Source: Veleropilina oligotropha | Lineage: Eukaryota | Assembly (NCBI GenBank): GCA_048128005.1 | Contig: JBEUKZ010000122.1 | Location: forward strand, 124,001 to 188,000 | Length of the DNA: 64,000 nucleotides | Direction of reading: 5' to 3' | Part shown: in pieces, positions 39,120 through 51,993 of the stretch | How the letters are laid out: every line of letters begins with the position of its first letter | Position numbering within the stretch: the stretch's first letter is position 1 | Position numbers and translations under genes: made by a program | The notes under the pieces: generated by a model | What the model saw: the letters and a program-made list of their open reading frames with translations, nothing else | Databases searched by the model: none | Told to the model about the DNA's origin: nothing

Positions 39120-39770
39120 ACCATCAAATCAATGTGCAGAGTCAGCTAAAAAGGGAAATCAAATATTGGGAATGATAAAGAGAAATTTTAATTTTAAATC
39201 TAAAGCCATCATAACTCGCCTATACAAGCAAATGGTTAGACCGCATTTAGAATATGCAGTGCAAGCATGGTGTCCATATCTTGCAAAGGATATCAATATA
39301 ATAGAACAAGTTCAAAGAAGAGCCACAAAATTGATAGGAGAATTGAGAGAATTACCATATGAGGAGAGACTAAGAGCTCTGAACCTCACAACATTATCTT
39401 TGAGAAGGATAAGAGGTGATATGATTCAGGTGTTTAAAATGTTTACAGGAAAAGTCAACGTTGACAATAGTTTCTTTTTTCAGATGAACCAAAGGCATAC
39501 CCGGGGGCATCAATACAAGATTTACAAAAAAACGATTCCGACTAGACGTTAGAAAACACTTTTTCTCAAATCGGGTTGTCGATGAATGGAATGCTCTTCC
39601 TAATAATGTAGTGGAATCGACATCTGTAAACCAATTTAAAAATCGCCTAGATGAGCATTTTAAGAAGAAGGGCAGGTTATAGAGGACAAGACAACTCAAT
39701 GGGTTTTTATATGAGTGGCAGTAATGCGCTTTCTAAACCCAAACAAATTCTATTTAATCTATTTAATAAT
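39120..39770 (+). mobile_element. CR1 LINE 3' fragment
   Basis: LYKQMVRPHLEYAVQAW.P...IEQVQRRATK...RRIRGDMIQVFK...TRGH, then after a frameshift RKHFFSNRVVDEWNALP; a similar tail recurs near 38765-38830. Confidence 0.9.
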
Positions 39771-39889
39771 CACTAAGGTAAACCCCTCCACCAGTCTTAA
39801 AAGGAAAGCCTTTTCATGATACATGTACAGTGAAGAGTACTTTCGCATGAATTTAAATTCTCAAATCTTAATAGGTCTCCATACTCTAC

Positions 39890-40020
39890 CTGGTAATGCT
39901 GCATCTGGTGTCGGCATCTCTGTCTTCGTTCCTGCACCTCCCATCACGAACATAATCCCTCGCCGGGAGAATTGAACGGAGTTCAGCAGCAGCAGTAGTC
40001 TGGCTGCTCCATACGAACGC
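39890..40020 (-). CDS. MSRA: MsrA exon: presequence-like segment and N-terminus (RSYGAARLLLLLNSVQFSRRGIMFVMGGAGTKTEMPTPDAALP)
   Basis: Minus-strand gatgcag| acceptor, CCAG|gtagag donor (phase 1); ALPG-R motif typical of the MsrA N-terminus; in-frame ATGs at 39953 and 39944; the upstream exon was not identified. Confidence 0.85.
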
Positions 40021-40598
40021 CTGCATCAGAATAAATCAAATACATGATCCTGCTTTCTATATATATTTGAATAATAACATCAGAATGCAAACATGACCAT
40101 GAAGCTGTATCAGTTATCTATAAATTGCATCAATTATCTTTATCTATATAAGCAATGCATCGACTATAAATATATAATTACCCAGCATGCAAATATGGTA
40201 ATCAAATTACATGTACATAAATTATATTACCCAGAATCCTTACAAGAAGGTCAAACTATGTTAATAATAATACCAGCATGTTTGCATGGATGTGCAAATG
40301 CATTAATTGTAATTACATGTACCGAGCACACCTACTAGGATACATGCTATGCTTAATTACATATCCTGACACACTGAATCATACAATCATTTCCTTTATG
40401 TATCATAATCAGTCATCTTTCATTGATCCTATTTAAGTTTTATTCAATAATAACATACTTTAAATTTATACATATTACAATGCAATGCAAATCATGTAAG
40501 TACTGCTGAACATTACTAGGAAACCATATTAGGGTTCACCGTGATGATCTTGTAAATATATACATATACTAGGTTAATTATGGGTAATTTTATATATA

Positions 40599-41306
40599 CT
40601 GTAGAAACAGAAATTAATGCGTATTGAAAATAATGCGTGGGCCAAATACAAATGAAAATGCGCGTTGAAATTAATGCGAATCGTCAATTTGTGAAAACGT
40701 CAATTTTTGTGGCATCTCAATAATACTAAGTTAGGTTACATCACCAAAACGTCTGTCCGCAAAAATGTATTTTGTAACTACAGTACTATGTTGATTGGCT
40801 TGGTAATCAAGATTACATGGTCACGGTGATAGGTACTAGTTAACTGATATCAACACTAGATGCATATGACAATGTCGAGTCCAATGCGGCAGCAATATTA
40901 ATACAATACAATAACACAATAGCAAGAGGTTAATCTTGTTCGATGCCCTCAAAAGAAAAACGTAATGGAATTAAAAACGACTGAAAGAAAGAAGTATTAT
41001 CGATGCAATTATCGTTGAAGACCAATTCATATAATTGGCAAATGCTATAATTGTTTTGTGTGAAAGGACTGATTGAACTCTGCTTTACAAATAGCTTAAT
41101 TAATAAGCTTAAAAATTGCCCAACACTTCATTGAGAGTCTAGCTGTCCTTAATTGAATCAGATATAACATACTAAAAGAGATATGTATACCATAATATTT
41201 TGACCATTCTGCATGAAACGAAAATGCGTATTGAAATTAATGCGTCCGAACGATAGCAACATTTTTCGCATTAATTTCTACCACGCATTTTTTTCTGTTT
41301 TTACAG
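40599..41306. mobile_element. TA-flanked Tc1/mariner-superfamily MITE
   Basis: ta|ctgtagaaacagaaa ... tttctgtttttacag|ta; subterminal gaaattaatgcg repeats. Confidence 0.75.
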
Positions 41307-41461
41307 TATTCACTTTTCAGAACCCTCATGAGTCCCCATAAAAATATTTGTCACACATTTTATATATAAATTGCACATTGGCATTGGTTTGGTGTCCTCA
41401 CCAAATCTAGAATGCACATTTCTGGGAGGAATGACTATTATTTTTTGTTAACGGTTCCTAA

Positions 41462-44400
41462 TAGTAAGGTCAAAATACAGTTTAACCCTCAAAAAATTGC
41501 TACAAAAGGTTTCTCAACTGATTCTGGTAGGTTTTAGTGTACTTTATAACATACTAAAAGTTTACCAAAGTATGACCCCCGGAAAAGTGTTTTTTTCAAG
41601 ATGGCGTCCAAGATGGCCGCCGAAACCTCTGAATGATCATAACTCTGTAACTATCAACTCAAATTTGATGATCTTGGTGTCTATCCCTAGGTTTTTGGGG
41701 GCAAAGAACACATTAAGATCATAAAAAATGATGTTGGCCTATTATGTAACACAAAAATCCAGTATGGCGTCAAAAATGGCTGCCAACACCCCCAAATGAC
41801 CGCAAGTTCATAACTATTGACTCAAATTTGATGATCTTGATGTCTATCCCCAGGTTTTTGGGGGCAAGGAACACATTAAGACAACTTTGGATATCACTGA
41901 GCTGTTGAATCATGAAATTGAATTCATGACCTTCAGCTGTCCACTATCACCTAATGCACAAACACCTTTGTCCATAGAATAAGTTTCAGAGCGTTAAGTT
42001 TTGAGTGTCATCCTCCTCCTCAGTATCGACCTATTGAGTGTTGTTTGGATTGTCACAGTTTTCAGTTTGGCAAGGGCCACATACAGCAGTGCACGGGAGT
42101 CCATAGCGTCTGCAGCTGCATCGAGAGGATTTGCATCCCCCCGAACAGTTGCGATGGATAATTTTCAAGAGTTTGTCAGGTGCAGCATTGTTTTGGGTCA
42201 TAATTGGAATTAACTGATCATTTTCCTGTTTCCATCCCCATTCAGTTGGGTTCATTTCATTTGCCATCCCCATCCATACCATAATTTGAAAGTGCACACG
42301 TTGGCTATAGAATCTTGTTGCAGGTGATGTTGGGGGAAGCCGTTCAGGAGTGACAAATGCTTCAGCAGTTGCCACTTTCTTGGTGAAAATGATATGGCGC
42401 AGTGATGATAGCGTATCATTAGACTAGCCACCAAAGAGATCAACCATCAGGTCTTTGCCAAGATCTGATATGTCCTCTTGAGATTTGTTTTGAAGGATGA
42501 ATGCACTAGCACAGGACTTCATGACAGGATCAGATTTCACTAATTTCCGGAAGGCTGACTTTTTTCCGATGCCGAAAATCCTTGAAGTTGAATCACAGCC
42601 TGAGTAGGCATGTACAAAGAGCAACTCGTTGCACACATCGTCTCCTAAAGTTTCTTTCAACAGGCTAATGCTATACACTTTGTGTTCTGTTGACTGCTTG
42701 TTTGCGTCAGAACGGAAGTAGATGATCTCATTGTCTGTTCTGGAGTAATGAAGGAGCAAGGTCAGCAAATCTGTATCCTCACCGACCAACGTTGTGGTGC
42801 AATGACGGGATCGTTCAACAGTTGCCTTAACGATATCAACGTCTGCATCCCCTGGTGACTGAATGACATGGCATCCCCTTTTAGTTAGTGCTGTGCTGAT
42901 GAGAGCACTCATGTCTGCCTTGTTTTTGTCACGAGATAAAAAGTCCTCCTTTTTGCCCGAAAACTCTGTTTCTGCAGTGAAACTAACAAAAGGGTGCAGG
43001 TTTTTTCCTCGTCTCTGATGTGTGTTGTCTTTTTTGGAGGGACCTTCACCATAGCCATCGAACACCATTGTCGCTTGTCCGTAATGTCTCACAGTGAAGT
43101 CTGCATAAGACTCAGCTATTGCATTATATGAGTCGCCTTTCTTCCACGGTAAACGATGGAGCAAAGAGCCACCATCAAGCACGTAACAATCTGTTTTAGG
43201 AATAGAGTTCATCACAGCCTCACTTGATAAGTCCGCAGCATGGTCTCGAATTGCCTGAGCAAGCTGAGGTTTGTCTGCTTTTCGAAGAATGTTCCTGGCC
43301 TCAAAGAGGGCTGGAGGGTAGGAGCTTAGTTCATACGTCAAAACCTCTTCAATGGAAAGATCTCCTGACCTTGACACCACAAGGGTTTGCTGGAACAGAA
43401 GGGCAGGATCAATGGTACGATCAGGAGCAATCTTCACAGCAGAGATATTCCCAAGGGTTTGGGCTGTCTTTCCGCTTGAATTTGTAAGTAAATGCCGACT
43501 TTCCGATTATATCTTCAATGATCTTGTTCCCAACCGATTCAAAGGCATGTACATTCACATCTGGCCCAGCCACTATCCCGTTGACAATGTTTCTCAGAGT
43601 AGGATCAGATGTGAAGGGTGAGTAGGCTGCAAGCTTTATCCGAATTTTCTCGAGATCAGATGCATCTCTTTTGATGCGCCCCTCAGTTGAGTCTTTGTGT
43701 TGCGGACTTGTAGTATAGGTCAGGTCTGTGAAATCCTGCATCGCACTGTTGCACTCTGATGTTACAGGCGCAGATAAGGTCCAAAGGTTTCGCATGTCCT
43801 CGGTCATCCCACTGCCGCGAGTTAGACCACCAGTGCTCTTTAGAGACCTCATCAACGTTTGTTCAATGACAAGATCACTACTAAGCACTGCCCAGCACTG
43901 ATTGCTCCTACGAACAACGTGAAAACCATCAAGGAACTTTCGATAAACGTCTGGGTGCTTTTCCTCCAGGTTGCTCATTTGCTGCAGGTAGTAATGAGTA
44001 GATCTCAGGTAATTGAAGTGCCCAGCTGCCGCAAAGACAGTTAGGCAATTGGACACTGTCTGCAAATGCATCAACCAAGACCCAGTACGATCCGCCTTGA
44101 TCAACATTCTTGCCATGCCAACCATACGCTGATAATTCAGCCACAACTGGCTGGTCTTTGAGGTCTGAGCAAGTTCAGATTTCTTCTTCTCCGTTACTGT
44201 CTCGAGTTGGATCAAAACCTCAGAACAAGCAGCATCTCCTAGCGTCGTATCTCTGCTAAGAAGGGAGGAGTACAATTCTTTTTTTTATTTCCATTTTAAC
44301 AGATTTTATGAAGGAAAATCCTAGTTTCATGGATGATTTCATGTGTTATGTGTTACATAATAGGCCAACATCATTTTTTATGATCTTAATGTGTTCTTTG

Positions 44401-44650
44401 CCCCCCAAAACCTAGGGATAGACACCAAAATCATCAAATTTGAGTTGATAGTTACAGAGTTATGATCATTAAGACGTTTCGGCGGCCATCTTGGACGCCA
44501 TCTTGAAAAAAACACTTTTCCGGGGGTCCTACTTTGGTAAACTTTTAGCATGTTATAAAGTACACTAAACCCTACCAGAATCAGTTGAGAAACCTTTTGT
44601 AGCAATTTTTTGGGGGTTGAGGGGGTATTTTCCATATATCGACCTGACTA
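41462..44650 (-). mobile_element. Internally deleted Academ (AcademX-type) DNA transposon
   Basis: TAG...CTA termini, ~290-bp TIRs, TAA on both flanks; frameshifted ORFs 44275-42031 with an XPG/FEN-like nuclease (LDGG, FDGY, GDAD, GEDTD, GCDSTS..GIGKK) and a C-terminal Cys-rich finger. Confidence 0.85.
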
Positions 44651-47600
44651 TAAATGGGTAAAGTATATGAGGAATTTACGGTCACAACATACCATCTATT
44701 ATTATAATATCACTAGACGATTATCAGATACTGCTGTGTTAAGCAATAATCAAGTATAGCTCATCAAATTATGTTCAACGTCACCATGACTCAGGGGAAA
44801 TTTATAGATAAATTTTAATCAGCTTCTCTGTGACCTTTAATAATTTTATAAGTGAATATTGAATAAAATATTGAATTTATTCACTAAACATTTCCGTTTA
44901 ACATGCACAATAATAATGATTCTGATAATCCACACCTTAAACTTCTTATTCATGTATGTAGAGAAACAAAATCAACAAAGCACAGTTAACCAACAGACAT
45001 GCCAAACTTAAATTTGCAGGTAACACATTACAATATATAATCAAGATATTTGCATTTTGTCAACACAGCTAATATATATGTCTGGGTACTTACATAATGT
45101 ATTGTGTCGATATAAAATATGGAAAGGCAATGGTAGATCGCAAACCAAATATCAATATAAATATGAGTAATCTTCAGACTTTATTGACTTCTTTAGTAAC
45201 ATTTAAATAACAATAACAGATAATGTGGTCTGAAACTTGCAGTGGCCCAGGTGCTATCAGATCCAGGTCAGAGGTGTCGATAGGTGCAGATAATAGAGAG
45301 TTTTCGCAAATGTCCCGTGAACGTGTGTACCTGTAACATGAAAGGGGTCAATTCGCTGAGTATCTATTGACAACCAATTACACGTACAGGTTCATGTTTT
45401 ACTCGTTTTGTGGTTTCGCAGATCGACTTGAGGTGTATTTATATCGGCTTCAAAAGGCAACGCACGGTCATCTATGAATTTAAATATGTCCATGTACCCT
45501 ATCATATTATTAACGTTATTATAAGGTATAACATTATTTAATTATTTGGCAGTGTAGAAATATCTGATCTTTATTTTGTATATATATCAGTAGATCAGTG
45601 ATTTCTACGATAGCTTGTTTCACGTTTCTCGTAATAACAAGTCTTGAAATCTATTTTCGCAAAGTGATCGTGAACGTGTGCCTCGGATGTATGGGTAATA
45701 TGCAAATATCATCATGGTGTAATCATTATTTGCTATATGAACCCATTGACCAGAAATAGAACCGTGTAAGTTGACGTTCACGGGACAAGAGCTACCTGTA
45801 ATTCGATGTATTCACGTAGGCTACTTCCAAAACATGTAACACATCGGTATTAGTAAAATGTATACACACGCACTCGTGCATACACACACAAGTACGTGCA
45901 GACATAAGTTTGTGTGTATCTTCAGCTCTGCGTTAATTTTATAGCAAGTTTTAGAGTGGTTTATTTTAATGTTTCGAATTTGGCATAGTACGTCCGAGAG
46001 TCACAATTTTTTTAAAAGTTTGTTGCTGAAATTTTTTCATATAAATGATTAAATGATATACATGTACAATAATATACTTATATTAATCCCAGCAATATAA
46101 CAGTGTGAAAATTAAAAAAACATGAGATTGTTCTCTCGTCTCTGGAATTGGTGACCATGTAGATGTGTATCGACCCATATACTTGAAATAGTTAAATAAC
46201 ATTGCATTATTATTTGTTGTTTCGCTACACAGTCAATGTTTGCTTTCTAAATAATGGCACGTAGTCTTTTGAAAGTGAAATATCTCCTAATTATTTAAAG
46301 ACTTTGATACGCGTTTAGATATACCGGTTACCGGTACAATACTTATGTATATTTAATATATTAATGAACAACACTATTATGTATTGTTTCATGTATCCAC
46401 ATAACTACATTTCTTCACTGCATTTTATATTGTTTTCATTTTTCGAGGTTAAACTCCCCATCTCGAGAAAATACCTTTCCAGCCTCGTTCTCGACCTAAT
46501 TCTTCACATTGTCTTCACTTGTGTTAAGAATGAAGTGCATTGTTATGTCTTTAGAGCTATGAATTGCTTGATCATAGATATTGGCTACCGTATTCGAATA
46601 GTGCATTTGCACAATAAGAGAATAGTAATAAAACGTATCATAAATATATCGACCAAATTGAAAGGGATGCAGATTCATTGGCATTTCAAATCAGTGCGAG
46701 ATGGTTATCTTTAACACAAAATATAAATCAAATATAAATGTTTCTAATTTTTATACAGATGTAAAACATTATGAAATATCTCCGGAAACATTCAGATGGT
46801 ATAAATGCTCTGTTATCAAGTAAACCAATTAGTGTGATTTTATATTTATTTATATTTTTTCAATTTGCGATACATAACTTTTCTTTTAAAAAATCATGAA
46901 TGAAGATAATTGGCCCTTTCTAGTTGTATGTTTCGTTGAGTACGTAAAAACTGTTAAGCACGATTGCTACTAGGTCATTGTTCGTAATCGGCAATTTTTT
47001 TTTCATTGCTCAATACAATTTTCATACAGTTGGGAATAATTCGACGAATATATTTTGTTTCGTTTTTTGGTAACGCGCAACCCCCTCCGTACTCAACAGA
47101 AAGTACCACTCGAATAGGCATAATGATTTGCCTGTGTTTTTGATGCGATCGTCATTAATTACGTTTGAGTCGAACGTGAATGCCTGTATTCGCGGTTACC
47201 ATATATAGTCTCAGCAGCTAAAGAACACAAATTGATGACGTTCTATGTTACAATCTGATCTTCGCGTTCAAGTACATGTTCGCGTTAGTTTGCGAAAAAT
47301 CTCTAATAACTCAGCCACTGTGACGTACATGCACAAGTAAAGAATATATATAAATAGTAGAAATCCTGATGCAATACTATAATTATAGTTGTACATAACA
47401 CTTCAACAGTGACATAGATCTGGCAATCGTTGGATAGGAGACTTGTGGTACAGAAAGGAAACGATACATACTCAATGAGTCAATGTCCTGTATATTTACA
47501 ACCATCACGTTCAACTCTGGAGGAAATCTCTGGGAAACCCGCCCTCTCCGGCCATTTATGGACAACTATGATTCATAACAACAAATAAATTAAATGGTTA

Positions 47601-48061
47601 TGCCAATGCCCCAATCGAGATTCGAACCAACTACTGTACATGTTCATGTCAGAAGAATGAAGCCAGTGACTTTCTGATTAGACAACAAAACAAAGTGATA
47701 TAACCGAATAAACCTTGCAGATATGTAAACTAAATTAAATGTTTTAGCATGGTAGAACCGTTCTAGATAGAGGGCGTATGCAGTAACTTGCAAAATACGG
47801 AATAGGCCATGTTTTTCAAATCAGAGTGTACATTTAATTATGCCCATGCGCAAGAAATAATATTATTTATTGAATTTATGACATTTAATGGAGGTTCTCG
47901 GTTCATGAAGCGCAGCATGAACTAGATAATTCATCAAATTTGTCTTTAGATCAACATACATATATATTGCAGAACCACAGAGTTTGAATAAATACCTAAA
48001 TATTTGCATCGTCAGTATGCAAATTTCTAGTTAAGTATATGAATACGCCCAGACTTCGAAT

Positions 48062-48790
48062 ACAAGGTGTACCGTACACCCTAGATAAACTAGCGAATCC
48101 TCGACCCAGCAAGTCGAGGGGATGTATCCCCTCCCATGGTAGCAAAAATCAATAGGCACTGTGTCCTCATCATACCAAACGTATACCAACTTTGAAACAA
48201 TTAAATCGGACTAATACTAAACTATTGATTGTACTTTGTAGATCGCGCACAAGCAATATCTTCAAATAAAATGGCCGCCGCGACGGCCATCTTGGATCCG
48301 AAAATAAAAAGAAATCGTTAGGCGGCATGTCCTCATCATAACTAACGTGCATATCAAATTGGAATCAAATCGCAAATTAACTTTTCACTGTAGAACATGC
48401 ACAAGAAATCTCTTCAAATAAAATGGCATCAACGGCGGCCATCTTGGATCTGAAAATGACGAAAATCGTAACGTGGCGTGTCCTCATCATAACTAACATG
48501 CATACCAAATTTGAATCAAATCGGATAATAAGTTTTCACTGTACAGTGCGGACAAGAAATCTAATCAACCAAAATGGCCGCCAATGCGGCCATCTTGGAT
48601 CCGAAAACGATGAAAATCCTTAGGTGGCGAGTCCTCATCATAATTGGCATGCATACCCAATTTGAATTAAATCGAATTAGAACCTTTCACTGTAGAGCGC
48701 ACACAAAAAATCTCTGCGGCGGCTGAATGATGCCTAAACCATACTATCCCCGAAATGTTAAATTTCGGGTTAACATTTCGGGGGATACAA
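48062..48790. mobile_element. Helentron-type non-autonomous element with ~150-bp internal tandem repeats
   Basis: ACAAG start; three to four aaaatggc...cggccatcttggatc units; terminal hairpin ccccgaaatgttaa...ttaacatttcgggg. Confidence 0.6.
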
Positions 48791-48919
48791 ATATTATCTA
48801 GAGCCCTGTTAACTAGGAAATGATCACAATACATGTAATAAACTCATTATAATATTATACACATTATCCCATCGGCTTTGTAATAATTGATGGCGTGTAA
48901 ATTTTTAAGTTTATAAATT

Positions 48920-49995
48920 AAGGGAAGAACTGCGCAAATCTTTTCGAAATTCTAGCAAAATGTAACTTGACTCCCCTGTGATTTATTTGCAACACAGTCA
49001 CAAGATTTGAACAATATCTGATACGAGGTTCTGAAGATAATTGACGGAAACTAAATATTTGTCGAAAAAGGGAGACAACTGTGGAAATATTTGTCGAAGT
49101 TTTGTCGAAATTGAAATGACCTCCGAGCTATTATTTGGAGATCAGTTATAAGATTTGAACGACATCCGATGCATGGTAATGAGGATAATTGATGTAAATG
49201 AAAAGTTTATGTAGAACAGGAGCTGTGGTAATATTTGTCGGAATAACACCAAATTAAATACGCCCAAGAAACCTGCTTACCAAATTTGAACTCCCTAGTC
49301 ATCACGGTTTTCACGATATCCTGTTCACGTCGTCAGAAACCCAATTTTTATGCCGAAAAGGGGGATAACTGTGCAAATATTTGTCGGAATAATATCAAAT
49401 TCAATAGGAATCTCGTTCATGTCCCAGTAAACTGCATACCAAATTTGAACCCCTAGCTATTACGTTTCTCCTGATATCCTGTTCACGTCTTGAGAGTTTT
49501 TAAGGCGAAAATGGGGGATAACTGTGGAAATATTTGACGGAATTATATCAAAGTACATAGAAACCTAGTTTATGTCTCAATAAACCGGCATACCTAATTT
49601 GCACTCCCTAGCTATTACGGTTTTCTTGATATCCTGTTCACGTCGTCTATACGGGCGGCCGTGAATTTTTTGTCGATAAGGGAGGATAACTGTGCAAATA
49701 TTTGTTGGAATAACCTCAAATTCAATAGGATCTAGTTTATGTCCCATTGAACCTGCAAACCAATTTTGAAGGCCCTACATATGACGGTTTTCCTGATATC
49801 CTGTTCACGTCATCTATACAACATGATGGGAACTTTTTGTTGAAAAGGGAGGATAACTCTGCAAATATTCGGTGGAATAATCTCAATTTCAATAGGAACA
49901 TAGTTTATGTCCCAATAAACCTGCATACCACATTTGAACTCCCTAGGTATTACGGTTTTCCTGATATCCGGTTCACGTCGTCTATATGGACAGAT
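48920..49995. repeat. Diverged ~170-180-bp tandem repeat array (~6 units)
   Basis: Recurrent ggataactgtgcaaatatttg..ggaat ... gatatcctgttcacgtc. Confidence 0.8.
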
Positions 49996-51993
49996 GGACT
50001 ACGTGATGTCAAAATTCTAAGGTTTTATAAAAACAGATAGGATAATAAGGCAAGGGTATGAAAGTAGTTCCTCATCACCTGGTTTAACTTATCAAATGAA
50101 TAAAGACAATAGAGTGACGTCATACAATGATTAAAATATAAATCCCTCAGTAGACCCAGCCAATTTGAAGTGGTACGTGATTGGCAATGACAAAAATTGT
50201 TAGTGTGTATGGACTGGGGATTGAGATAAGAAGATATCTGCACTGAATAAGGCTTATAACCAAGGAGAAAGTTCTGAAGTGGTGCGAGCATGCAGATCAG
50301 GACTTTAACTTGCAATTTTTCTTGTACTTTACTTCAATCATTACATTTTGTTTACTCAACTATTTTCAATTGTTTCAAATCAATTCATTTAATCTGACTT
50401 GGATAATCAGGAAAAAAAGGAATATACTAAGAGATGTCAGTCATAATTTTATCAAGCATACCGGTAGTAGGGATTTAGGAGAATTGTATTGATTAACGTT
50501 TACGTCAACTTCCGGTGTTCGACTTTATTTTGGTGCACACAGACTACAGTGACCATGGCATAATTTGGATACTGGCATGTATAAGTATAAAAGCGGACTT
50601 TCACCAAAGTAATTTGGAAATTAGTGTTAAGAAATATATAAATCAAATAATTTTCATTAGGCCTACAAGGCGAAATAATAAATTCATTAATTTTTTTAAA
50701 GTTTATTAATTTTTAACCTACAACTGTCAAGGATGCTTGAAAAACACGAAAATAATATTGTACCGGTATTTATATGAGGTTTTAATTTAAACCTAATATT
50801 AGTTAAAACATACTTACGTCCTTACTCTTGCCATAATAGTAATATTATCGCTAACCGGAAACAGTGAATAAGTCACATTATGCACTCTTTATAAGTCAAA
50901 ACGTACCACGATCACCTCCCCTGCTCCCGCTCTCCTAAGTTCCCCCAGCGAGATCTCGCCAAGTCTCGCGAGACTTCCGAAGCATCGAAGTCACAAGACC
51001 TCAATTCAAAGTTCAGAACCCCAAAGGAACTTAGTAGAGGGGAGGAATGCGAAGCAGGGTGGGTAATCGTGGTAAGGACGTAAGTATGTTTTAACTAATA
51101 TTAGGTTTAAATTAAAACCTCATATGTAGTTACAAACTTACTTACGTCCTTACTCTTGCCAGAATAACCTTGGATAGGTGGGTAAGAAGTTCCTTACAGC
51201 AAACCCAAACAAGATAATGACTTACTTGTCACCATGTCAATCAGCTCGAAGCGTCGATTGTGTCCGCCCAGAGTGGAATTTACTGAGTATTATTCTACCC
51301 TTACCAAGCGAGAATTTCGACCAGTGTTACCGGGAGAATACGCCGTGGTGTTAGTCGGACGAGGTGAACGGAAGTGCAATCAGCCCCAGGCACGGCCGGA
51401 AGGATGAATCCCCGTAGGTCTTACGTGTCATGGGCCAGTGGCAGCCAAATGGAACTCCTGGCCGAAGGCCGGTAGCCAGAGGATGCAGTCGGATTTGTAA
51501 GCACACGGAACCTAACAGGTTGTGAAAGCTTTAAATCAAAAGCAAAGAATTAATAGATTATTGCAAATAATCGATATTAATAAATAAATCGCATGACCAA
51601 CTTGCGAATGCTAACATGTACGACATGTCACTTAAAATAAAATTTTAAGGAAGCAAATAGGTACGACATGTTACTTAAAATAAATTTAAGGGAAGCAAAT
51701 ATTAAATTTTTTCAATGTCTTGAACATCGTATGGTCTATACAGCATAGAACATCAATAATATTGAACCTCAAATCTTATAAGTTTGTCGCAATATTTTTG
51801 TTTATTAAATTCAATGCAATCTGGCTTGTCAGTATACTCAGAAAAGACATGAAGTACAAAATCTTAAAATGTTTTTAAGAAATGAACAGACATTGAATCG
51901 CCTCATAATGTGTCGATTTCATCGAACATCTAGGCCAACAAATAACAATGCGTCAGCATGAATTATGTAAATTGATCAATCAACAAATAATAC

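Noticed and set aside
45240..45840. Candidate first exon(s) of MsrA
   Set aside because: Splice-like motifs exist, but no ATG-initiated open frame ending in the required phase 2 was found.
50495..50520. Promoter suggested by adjacent CRE-like and ETS-like motifs (acgtca, acttccgg)
   Set aside because: Short motifs only, with no linked exon identified.
51350..51400. HDV/CPEB3-like ribozyme suggested by minus-strand cgttcacctcg
   Set aside because: No compatible P1, P1.1 or P2 pairing could be found around the motif.
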